A DNA stretch of 63,315 nucleotides, filler included, from Kipferlia bialata (Eukaryota), in the NCBI GenBank assembly GCA_003568945.1. It is 4 parts of 4 records of this genome, joined end to end, with 100 filler letters (N's around TTAATTAATTAA, not from the genome) between each part and the next. Parts side by side here need not be neighbours in the genome. Positions count along the whole stretch, not along the records: positions 1 to 28,673 come from BDIP01000041.1; positions 28,774 to 54,042 come from BDIP01000042.1; 2 more parts are not named here. The stretch is one strand, 5' to 3'. This document shows positions 22,137 through 32,251 of this stretch, piece after piece (the stretch's first letter is position 1; every line of letters starts with the position of its first letter). A program made the position numbers and the translations under genes. The notes under the pieces were generated by a model that worked only from the letters and a program-made list of their open reading frames with translations, was not told the DNA's origin and did not search any database.

Positions 22137-23265
22137 TTAGACGGTGATGACGACGTCCTCCTCGTCCATGTCAATGACATACTCCTCCACAACCTCCTGG
22201 GGGTGAGCAGAGGCAGGGGGGAATAGGGTGAGCATGTCATCTTACACATATACACTTATACACAGGGGATGTATCCCCGGACCCAACTATATATGCATAT
22301 ATACAACTGGACTGTGTCATACCTCCTGCATCTCCTCCTGCAGGGCCTGCATGTCCTGCATGTACTGCTGCCTGGCCTCCATCTCCTCGGGGGTCTGGTC
22401 ACGCACAACGTACTCCTCACCAGCCCTCTCGGCCTTCACGTTGCCCTCCTCATCGTAGAAGAACTCAATGCCGTTCTCAGAGGCCCACTTCCTGGGTATC
22501 AGTGTGGGTATCAGTGTATATACCAGATAGAGTATAAGGGTTAATGAAGAGTAGAAAGTGACTTCAATACACTTGCTCCCGCCAGTGTATAGTAACCACA
22601 GCACACATCACACAATAGCCCCTGCTCCCCCCACCTGATCTCCTCCTGCTGCTCCTCCTCAGTCAGGTCCTCGAGGCCCTCGGGGATGGGGACGCCGGCC
22701 AGCTCGGGCCTCATCTGCTGGGGCTCAGCGGTGAACTCACCGGGCCTGGCGCGCTGGGAGAGACGGGTGTTCATCTGAGACTGGAGGTGAGAGGGAAATA
22801 TGGGGGTGTGGGAATGGGGGGGGGGGTAGTATGGGATGATTGAGGATAAGAGGGAAGGATGGGAGATAGTAATGGGAAACACTAAACACTGGCTCTGCAC
22901 CACTAGAGAAAGAAGTACCTTGGAGCTCAGCAGGCCGATGACAGTGGAGCCAAGGACGGCACACACAGCAAGGACAGCGAAGAGCACCATCTTGATGCCT
23001 GATGATAAGCAGTGTAGACTCACATAGCTCCATAACGTACGACTGATGGAAGAGACACTCCACACAACACCACACCTGGGCCAGACTCCTCATTGGCGCT
23101 CTTCCTCTGGCTCTTGGGGGTCTCGTACCTGACAGTCAGGCCAGCAGAAGCAAAAAGAAAACTCGAGAAAGAGCTAGCCTCTGCAACGATTAAGGAATCC
23201 TGAAGACGACCAACTTACCTCTTCTTGTTCTTAGCCTTAAGCTGCTTGGTAGTTCTGGTGGCCAT
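22137..23265 (-). CDS. RAMP4/SERP1-like membrane protein with a long acidic C-terminal extension (6 exons)
   Basis: Spliced: MATRTTKQLKAKNKKRYETPKSQRKSANEESGPGIKMVLFAVLAVCAVLGSTVIGLLSSK-SQMNTRL...EEEQQEEIRKWASENGIEFFYDEEG...EDVVITV*. Basic N-terminus plus GP-hydrophobic-GS TM is as in RAMP4. Confidence 0.55.
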
Positions 23266-23598
23266 CTTGAAGCAGTGAGAGCAGCACAGTCGCAGAGAAC
23301 GTCAACTCGTCATGGTGACCCCATGAAGTAAAAACTCTCGCCCTAGCCCCTTACAGTGGGACCCCAATACAGGGTCGTCAGTGCACCATCCAGGTCTACA
23401 GGCCCATGTCAGCCTATCGTAGGAACATATACTTCGAGACACTTGCCAATAGAGTGAGGAGAGGCCTATTTCGTGTGCATACTGACAACATCTCACATAA
23501 CAATATATGATAGTATCAACTCCCTTAACCAGGCACTTGATTCATTGTGTATTCACAAGTCCTGCTGGCCACTATTATGGCAATTAATGTTCTATTCT

Positions 23599-24414
23599 CT
23601 ACTCAAGCTCGTCATATGTCTCCCACCTCTCTCCCTCAACCTCGGGACGCCTAGGAAGCTCCTGGTCTGGTGTGAGAGAGTGTTGGGGTAGATAGTAGAC
23701 ACAACTAGGAAGCAATAGGGAATAGGCAATAGAGAAACAATACCTGATATATACTGTGGACATGTACTTATTATACACACGTTCACCGGGAAATGACGGC
23801 ATAATAGACAGGTAGGAGACAGAGACAAAACACATACCAGGGTTATTGAAAAGAAGGGATCTTGGGTCACTCTTATCCTCGCTGTCCATGCACCACATGA
23901 GGCCTGAAACCCCCAGCATGGACACCACCAGCAGCACCACAGTCCAGAACATGATCTGGTTGGCCATGACACTCTCGGGGGCAGCAGCCACATTCACAAG
24001 CACCACAGTGTTGGGGACATTGTGGGCACGAGCAAGCTCCCTCTCAAGCTTCTGGTGGTGCACTGGCCTCTCGACACAGTTGGTTCCATCCTGGCAGGCA
24101 GCTGTGTGGGCAAACTCCAGAGACTGTGCACCAGACAGAGTCTCTATAACAGATGGCATCAAAGTAGTCTGAGTCCCGGTCTTGAGTGCCACATTCAGCA
24201 CCACAACACGACTGGCTCCTGTAAGGTAGTCAGAACGAGCCACCACATCGCGATCAAGGGCATGGGTGGGGAGAAGAAGAGCTTCCCTCATGATTGCGAC
24301 AGCATTCGCATTCTCAGACACTTCCAGGATCCCATTGGGGTCTGAAACAAACACCTCGGCACTAGCGTACACTAGTACCACTAGAAGGGCCACGAACACG
24401 CCCAGGACGCCCAT
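23599..24414 (-). CDS. V-ATPase accessory / renin-receptor-like (ATP6AP2-like) type I membrane protein
   Basis: Signal peptide; QIMFWTVVLL...LMWCMD...SLLF resembles ATP6AP2 F.I.LW.......WNMDPG.DS.IY. One intron at 23837-23667. Confidence 0.55.
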   Translation of the reverse strand: MGVLGVFVALLVVLVYASAEVFVSDPNGILEVSENANAVAIMREALLLPTHALDRDVVARSDYLTGASRVVVLNVALKTGTQTTLMPSVIETLSGAQSLEFAHTAACQDGTNCVERPVHHQKLERELARAHNVPNTVVLVNVAAAPESVMANQIMFWTVVLLVVSMLGVSGLMWCMDSEDKSDPRSLLFNNPGMCFVSVSYLSIMPSFPGERVYNKYMSTVYIRYCFSIAYSLLLPSCVYYLPQHSLTPDQELPRRPEVEGERWETYDELE

Positions 24415-24652
24415 TATGTAGCTAAAAGACGCTTAACTAGAGCTGAGAGCAGTTAATAATACGAGACCCTTATCTTTTTTGCTGTGCCTCAGTGTAGATA
24501 TCTCTGGACCTCTCAGTAGGACCCTAGGACCCGGAGTGCAGGGACTACTCCATTGAAGACCACTATACACAAGCATGACACAATATATACCTTACTTGGT
24601 ATCCATTTGAACAGAAATACAACAAACACTAAACCTATAAATACTCAATGGG

Positions 24653-27600
24653 TTACAGAGGCTGAAGCACCCCGTTCTCCCCTACATTCCGAACCAGCTC
24701 CCTCAGGAGCGCCACTTCGCTGGGCTCCATCCCGGCCACGTCCATCTTCAGCACCACACCCTGCTTCTTCTTTGTGCAGGCCTTCTTGTGGGTGGCCAGG
24801 AACTGATGCCATATGGGCACCAGGCCTGGGTGGGCTGAGAAGAGAGGCCTGTACCTGGTCCTGGCAGCCAGCACTGCCAGGTAGGGGGACCCCTCCTCGA
24901 CCACATCCAGGTGGGAGAGAGAGGGGCACAGGGCAAGGCCTGGGACTAGGGCGAGGGCCGCAGAGGGGCTAAGGGTGAGGTGAGAAGAGATGGAACAGAA
25001 CTGATAGAGACACAACCCCACCTCATCCCATTGCCCTCAAGCCGCAGAGTCCGAAGGGACGTGCTGTCTGCCAGGGCCAGCGAGAGGCTAATCCCCCCCT
25101 CCAGCTTCAGAACATTGCCTCTGAGATTCATCTGGGTTAGAAATGAGTGGACAAGTGACACTACACGAATGCTCACACCCTACCTCAGTCAGCTGACCCA
25201 TGTGTCCCAGGGCGTCACTGAGGTGGGTGAACCCTGCACTGTGCATGCCTGACCCCTTGGCCCCGTTGCCAGACACAGACAGGTGGGTGACACCACCCAG
25301 ACCTGGGGCATAGGCAGACAGACATGCCGCAGCCAGGTCGCCCTGCTTGGTGCCCTCCATTATGGACAGGTGCACCTCTGCCTTGTCTCCCTCCAGTGCC
25401 CGTCTGATGGCATCGGGCCAGGCATGGTCATACTCAATGTGCCGCAGGAACCGCTGAAGTCTCACAAGCACCTGGGGGTAGGGAGTATAGCTAGTGGGTA
25501 TACAACAGAATCAGACTAATACAACCAGTAGTGTATCTGAACAGAAGACACATCCCATACAACCACCGTACCCCAGTTTCCAGTGTGGGACTGATGGTCT
25601 CCTGCGCCCTGACATGTGCCTCCTGCTCTCTCTCTCTCTCCATCTGTGCCTGGGCCCCCTTCATGTCCCTCAGCTCCCTCTGCAGCCTGTCTGCCCTGCC
25701 CCCTGCGGTCTGTGCCCTTACCCTCAGGGTCTCCAGCTCACCGGTCAGACGCTGCATCTCGGCTGCCTGGGCCTGCTCCCTCTGCATGCCACACCCTATC
25801 TCAGCCCGGGCAGATACGGCCTCGGCCCTACACGTGGCGGCCTCAGCCCTGGCCTCAGCTAGGGCCTGGGCATGGGAAGAGTCATGGTCCCTGGTCTGCC
25901 GGGTCAGGGTGTCGAGGGACTGGATGGCCTCAGAGGCAGCGGCAGCCTGTCTGGTCAGTGTCTCTCTCTCTCCTACCCACTCTGCTGCCAGGCACCCCAG
26001 CCTATCCAGCATGGACACCACAGACACAGGTGCATCAGTCTCTGTGTCATCAGAAGGCACAGTCCCAAGGGAGGGGTACAGGCTGTGCAAGGTGGACATG
26101 ATCTCCTGGACAGACGCCATGACCCCTGCGTCTCTCTCTGCTGCCTGGGCCTCCCTGGCCTCCACCTCTCTCTCCCTCCTCTGCCGGGTGTCCTCAGCCT
26201 CAAGCTCATCTGCCGCCAGGGACAGCTGTACCTCCAGTGATGTTATCCTGGCCTGCATAGCACTGACCCTCTCCTCCTGGGCGGCAGAGGCAGCCTCAGA
26301 GGTCTCAGTCTCCCTCTCCCTCTCCTTCCTCTCGGCCTCTCTCTCTGCACCAACCAACTCGTCCTTCACAGCTTCCAGAGACGCACTCAGTATCAGCACC
26401 CTCTCATCCAGCTGCACTATCTGGGCCTCAGCACCCTTCCGCAGCTCTCTCTCCTCTTCTAACGCTGCCCGGGCCTCTTGCAGCCTAACATCCATCTGAC
26501 TCTCCTCTCCCTGAAGCGTCTGCAGGCTCTCCTCAGCCACTCTCGCCCTCTCCCTCTCCCCCTCGAGGTCCTGTCTAAGAGATGCCTCCTGCCGTCTGAC
26601 CTCGATCAGCTCAACAGCGAGAGCCTCTCTCTCTCCTACAGACGTCTCCCTCGCCTCAAGAGCCTCACTCCTCTGCTCTATGGAGTCCATCAGCACCTGG
26701 AAGTGGGTGGGAGGTATCGGCATACATGCGTGCAGAGGGTCATCACAGTATCAAGAATGTAAGGCAGTGACGATTGATCGCTTACCCTATGACAACAGTC
26801 CAACAATGAGAGTATTGCAACGTGAGTATAAACCCATTCATAGCACTGTGAGTGTATTCTCACCCACATATCTCTAACGGAACACACACCTTTTCCATCT
26901 GCCTCAGTGCGGCCTCTGCTCTGCACTGCTCCTCCCTAGCCACCCTCTTCCACTCCGACAGTGCACCATCCCCCTCCCCCCCTGCCCCCCCTGCCCTCAG
27001 GGCCCTGATAGTGGCCGAATCTGCCTCCTCCCTCTTGGCAGCCTCTGCCTGCTCTTGCTCTCTCTCCTGCTGCAGTCTGACCAACTGACCCTCCAGCTGT
27101 GCCACCTGTCTCCCCATGGTATCCCGGGCTGTGTTGGATGCCTCTACAGACCCCTCCAGTGACAGCCTCTCCGCCTCCCACTCATCTGACGCCTTGTCAA
27201 ACTTGTCCTCTGCAGCAGCAAGGCGCCGCTTGAGAGCCGTCAGCTCCGCCCCCACCTGTGCAGCCCTAGTGTCCCTGGCCACCAGGGTCATGGCACTGAG
27301 GTCAGGTAAGGAGGCATCCTCACCCGGGCAGGGGGCAGTCACCTCAGTCACATCCATACCCAGCATGCCACTCGTGCCCCCAACTACAGTGGCGCCAGGG
27401 TAGCTGGCCAGCTCGGCTGACTGATCAGAGGGATATGGTGCCACGGGGAGGGGACTAGTGTGCACGGGGGATGGGGGCACATGGGTCCCAGTCTGGGAAG
27501 GTGACCGGAGGTTCCCCTTATTCAGGTAGTCCGCAGCACTCATGGTAACCGAACCAGGTGCGGTGTTGTGATGAGTGAAAGGGGGCGGCACGAACGGAGG

Positions 27601-27738
27601 AGCTGGCGCCACTGGAAGAGTGTAAGGAGGGGAAACAGGGGTCGTGTATGGACTTCTGGTTGGACTGTAGACCACCCCACTGGCATTGGTATTCAGGGGG
27701 TTCACAGGAAGGACACCCTTCCTCCCCCAGGGAACCAT
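24653..27738 (-). CDS. Pro-rich / long coiled-coil protein with C-terminal LRRs
   Basis: Exons splice in frame across ORFs 27738-26860, 26723-25491, 25471-25088 and 25021-24653; LSVSGN, LTEMNLRGN and LRLEGN LRRs. Confidence 0.75.
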
Positions 27739-27914
27739 CCCACCAGATCCAAGGGAGTCGTGTGAAAGACAACAGTTGAAGTGAGTGAAGTCTTCACTGA
27801 AGACAGGCGACTATCTGCACCCTTTTGCATCCTTTGCTTGTTGCACCCTCATTTTTGTTTCCTTTGTTATGTCGCAGTGCCAGCTTCAGCTCTTTCTCTA
27901 CGACGTGAGCAAAG

Positions 27915-28521
27915 ATGAGCCACGGGATGTCAAAGGTTGGGCCTGATTTCTGCTATTATTTGCTAATTACTAGTTGCGGCGTGTAATACGTGTGTCCGCC
28001 CTGGTATTGGAGTGATCTGCGCTAATTCCCGAAGGGTCATCATCTTAGTATCCTGCATATCTTCCTCAATGTTGATCCCTCTATTGGCCACCCTGATGTC
28101 CTTTATCCACCCGTCGTAGTGTATTTGTCTCTATTGTCTTCGTATGTGGAGCGTCATGCGTCATTCCTAGTATTGCTTTCATCGTTCTGTATGTCAATAT
28201 GATTAGTCACACTGAGTATGACACTGACGTACGAAGTGATACCGACCCGTTATGATTACACCCGACGTATGTGTGGTGAATCACCACCAGCCTAGTTCAA
28301 TTGATGCGATGTTTCTCTCACTGAATGCCTGTGCATGTGCCTATATATATATCTCCCACAATTGATTCACCCTAGAGTGGCAAGCAGCGCTCTCCGCGCG
28401 CTGAATGGTTCATTGCCCTAGCCTTCACCCTCAACTTCATCATTGGCGTGGGTATCCTGGCCCTCCCGGCTGTGTTTGCCAAGGCCGGTATCATCATGAC
28501 TGCCGGATTCATCATCTGCAT
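27915..28521 (+). CDS. Amino-acid transporter (Aa_trans / SLC38-TMEM104-like), N-terminal fragment
   Basis: MSHGMSK|SGKQRSPRAEWFIALAFTLNFIIGVGILALPAVFAKAGII carries the N.IIG.GILALP..F..AG TM1 signature; the scaffold ends afterwards. Confidence 0.8.
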
Positions 28522-28624
28522 GTATGTGCATGTGTATTTGTATATACTTATCAATGTGTATATTCATGCAGATGTATGTGAGTACATGTGTATGTGTGTC
28601 AGTGTTTGTGTCATGAGCACTTCC

Positions 28625-28660
<36 letters not shown>

Positions 28661-28673
28661 TGGGGGGGCGCTT

Positions 28674-28773
28674 NNNNNNNNNNNNNNNNNNNNNNNNNNN
28701 NNNNNNNNNNNNNNNNNTTAATTAATTAANNNNNNNNNNNNNNNNNNNNNNNNNNNNNNNNNNNNNNNNNNNN
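28674..28773. other. Artificial scaffold linker N44-TTAATTAATTAA-N44
   Basis: 100-nt spacer whose core carries stops in all six frames. Confidence 0.97.
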
Positions 28774-28840
28774 CCTTCTTTTTTGGTTTTCTTTTCCCCC
28801 CCCCCCCCCCCCCTCCCTCAATTTCCCTTCTTATCAGTAG

Positions 28841-31162
28841 GTATCTGTGGACTCGGCACCCCCCCTCTGTCACTGGATGAGGTAGGGCTGGTGTTTGCAC
28901 CCGTAGCACTATCTGTGTCTCTCGTCCCCTTTTGCTTTGGTAGCCTCATTAAGTCACCATACCGATAATGAATATGCACGTCTCTTCCATTGTCTCACCC
29001 AGGTCCAGAACATCACAGAGTGTCGAGACGACTACTGGCGGGACCAAGACCGTGTGAAGCGTGAGGCCGAGCTGCAGGATGGGCCGGGCACTGCCACAGG
29101 CAGCGTATACCCTGTCGTCATTCCAGGTTGGTGCAATCATTGTCTGCTTCTCAGTGACCAAGTGTATTGTTTGATGTCTCTGTTTGTGTTGGATCCCTCA
29201 TGCGTCATTCCATAGTGTGTCTGTATGGACTGTGCATTTAACCTGGTGTCTAACCGCCAGCGTGGGGACGGAGTGTCTCTGCCCCTTCACTCAGGGTGGC
29301 ATTCACTGACAGAGGCAAGGACAAGGAGGCCTCAGGAGACGACACCGTGCAGGTGGAGAGGTCCACTATGTCTGTTACTCGCTCTGTGACAAGGGGCAGG
29401 AGTAGGGACAGCAAGGGAAGGGATAGGGGCAGAGAGGTCACCAGGCTGATGGGTGGGAGTGGCAACAGCCTCGCAGAGAGGGAGAGACGCAAGGAGATGG
29501 AGGCACTGCGGAAGAGGGACAGGGAGCCCAACTGCTACCTGGTGTCTGGTGAGACTGGGCAGAGAGAGGGGGCAGTCACAGACAGCACAGCCACCATGGA
29601 CAGGTATAGTCGCATAGTGTAGTATGTATAGTCACAGAGTATAGTATCTGTAGTCACATAGTGTAGAATATATAGTCACATAGTTTAGTATGTATAGTCA
29701 CCTAGTGTAGTATATATAGTCACATAGTGTAGTATATATAGTCACATAGTTTAGTATGTATAGTCACCTAGTGTTGTATATTTAGTCACCTAGTGTAGTA
29801 TATATAGTCACCTAGTGTTGTATATATAGTCTCATAGTGTAGTATATATGGTCTCATAGTATAGTAACAGCTACCATGGACAGGTATGGAATGGGTGTGT
29901 AGGGGGATATTTCAGTGGCATTGTACTATATATTTGTTTTGTGATACTAGTATCTTCTCAAAGAACGTGTGCATCTCGCTCTCTCTCTCTCTGTGAGTAG
30001 GTAGGCTCTCTGACGTCCAGGGTAGGGGTGGCCGATCTGCACCGGAGAGTCACGGCGTACCACAGGTATATACTCTTGCCGTTCCATTCTGAGCGGAGTC
30101 TTCCCTATGCATTCACCCACTTGTACTGGTACTGATACCATACACACTGACACTTAGGTTCCGTGCCGCCGTCAACCGAGTCATATGGGATAGAAGGGTC
30201 AAGAATAACCTGGAAACCATCAGGTAGGCAATGTGTGTAGTGCAGAACACTCCAGTTCTCTTTCGATCAGCATCAGCATCATTGTTATGTGTTATAGTAG
30301 TATTGTATACCATCTTCTGATTCAACCAGGCTCAAGACTGGCATCAGACCCGGTGGGACCCTGGCAGCTAGGGAGAGAGAGAGGCAGCGGAAGAAGGAGA
30401 GGGGGACCCCCCGCACCGTTCGTGCCTCTGTCTCTGCTAGGGACACTGCCAGAGAGGCCGAGGCTGGGCAGCCAGTCAGGAAGCCACGGATGAGCAAGGA
30501 GATTCTGAAACAACGGGCCTTCTCGGCCGCAGGAGGTACATACTGCTTCTTCAATACATGTGTTTGTTTTGTATACCCAGGCCGCTGACAGGTTCCTCTC
30601 ATATCTGACTGACCCTAGCTCTCCTTGGCCCCAGCCAGCCCTCTGCCTCTGCCTCTGCCGCTGCCCAGTGGACACTGGACCTGTTATGTGCCTCTTCTGC
30701 CTCTGCCTCTGCGTCCTCGGACGCCTCACCCCCCCTGCCATCTAGGGGTGCAGCCAAGGACGGCAGAGACGGACCAAGGCCCAGTCCCAACAAGGCCTCT
30801 GACATATACAATGACACCACCCTGAGTATGGGCCGGGGCTTTGGCCTGATGACTGTGGGAGTGCATGACCCCCAGGCACCCTCATCACGTGGGTCAGTCG
30901 ACACGGGAGGGGATGCAGACACCTTTGGGTTGGAGGAGAGGCCGACAGAGATTAGCATGAGTGTCGGGCTCGATGTATATGTGGGAGGGGGTGGGTTGGA
31001 GGCCACGTTGGGACACGGCAGGAGCCTCGCCAAGTCACTATTCTCTGGCACTATTGGTGGAATATGAGATATATGTACGTGATCTCTTCACTCACTAAAT
31101 AGCCATTTACTCACTAAATAGCCGTTGATGGCTCTGGTATGCTGAGGGGAGAGGGAGATTGA
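28841..31162 (+). CDS. CFAP221/PCDP1-like flagellar protein, C-terminal fragment (tentative identity)
   Basis: Spliced exons ICGLGTPPLSLDE|VQNITECRDDY...|...MDR|VGVADLHRRVTAYHR|FRAAVNRVIWDRRVKNNLETIR; the last segment resembles the recalled CFAP221 RF..A.RKVI..R motif. Confidence 0.4.
29612..29862 (+). repeat. 22-nt intronic minisatellite (TAGTGTAGTATATATAGTCACA-like), ~11 copies
   Basis: Directly visible tandem array between two copies of an exon-end/donor sequence. Confidence 0.9.
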
Positions 31163-31704
31163 CTCGAGCAGATGCTTCATCTGTGCCCAGCCTGGGTTGG
31201 ATGAGAAGAGGCACAGGCAGTGGTATGGAGACACAAGAGAGACAGACAGGAGAGGTCAGAGGCCGGTAGAGATGTAGGTGATGACGATACCCCTGTCCCG
31301 CCCCTTGAGGCTGAGCCCTGCCACTCTGATGGGCCATGTCAGGATGTCACCCTCCCAGACTGAGCACAAGACTCTGAGGACGAGACCCTATCCATAATTG
31401 CTTGTGCTTGTGCTTGTGCTTGTATTCTTGTACTAAGCTTATGTGAACCTGACTTCTTGAGTAGATTAAATAACTGAACCCAAGACTGTGACAAGGATAC
31501 ATATATTGCATCAAACCCATTGGTACCCAGGATTAGCTGATCCGAATCGGATCATCCGATCACAGAAGTATCAAAAACATCGGAGGGTCTGATAGACCTA
31601 TAGAGGCTCTAAGCTACTTACTCTTCTGCCTCTGCCACTAAACAACAATCCTCTGTCTTTGAGTTTGTTTAGCTTGTAACCACACGAACCCACAGAGAGA
31701 AGTA

Positions 31705-31953
31705 ATGCTCCGTTGGGCAGAGCAGGTCGACCTGCTTGGCATGGAGTCAGAGGCCCTTTCTGCCAAGGTCAGTGCGGAGTTCCGCAGTCTACACGAGGCC
31801 GTGGCTGCGGTGCGTTCTGACGTGAATCGCCTGCAGAGCAGGATAGAGGCCGAGCGGACGCGGACAGTTGAGTCGTATGAGGCTGTGATGGCCATGGTGC
31901 AGGAGCTGCAGGAGGAGATGCGCGAGATGCGCGAGTCCAAGGGCAAAGGATGA
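31705..31953 (+). CDS. Small intronless coiled-coil protein (82 aa)
   Basis: ATG-started ORF with gene-like codon usage and a heptad pattern, in otherwise AT-richer flanks. Confidence 0.55.
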   Translation: MLRWAEQVDLLGMESEALSAKVSAEFRSLHEAVAAVRSDVNRLQSRIEAERTRTVESYEAVMAMVQELQEEMREMRESKGKG

Positions 31954-32251
31954 AAGGGATGGTAGCCTGAGCTTTCATTCCTCCTCTCTTTCTATATCCC
32001 TTTTGTCTGGTGACTATGTCCAGCTCCAATAATAATCGTTCAATAAATGGTGTTCTTGTAAGAGTTTTTGAGGTTTGAGAGGTCTGATAGTATCAGACTG
32101 ATACTCTCGCTTCTCTTCCTGTACCACTGAGGTGTGACAGTCCTGTCTTTGAGTTAGTTAAGCTTAGAGGTGCAAGGGACACGACTGAGACCTGGGACTA
32201 ATCTGTGCAGTTCCACCGCTGTGCTGAGTGTCATCGTATACATATACATAT

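Noticed and set aside
27936..28375. Long, microsatellite-poor first intron of the transporter as an ncRNA host
   Set aside because: No convincing boxes or stems were identified by eye.
28718..28729. TTAATTAATTAA between N runs (also 54087 and 60846) as a biological palindrome or piggyBac TTAA site
   Set aside because: Identical 100-nt N-flanked spacer three times, with six-frame stops: an artificial concatenation linker.
29612..29862. GTGTAGTA (U2 branch-recognition sequence) inside the minisatellite as a U2 snRNA relic
   Set aside because: No other U2 features are present; it is a low-complexity match amplified by tandem duplication.
30537..30620. In-frame TGA near 30586 as selenocysteine or readthrough
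   Set aside because: Removed by splicing to the ctgaccctag acceptor at ~30618, which restores an open frame.
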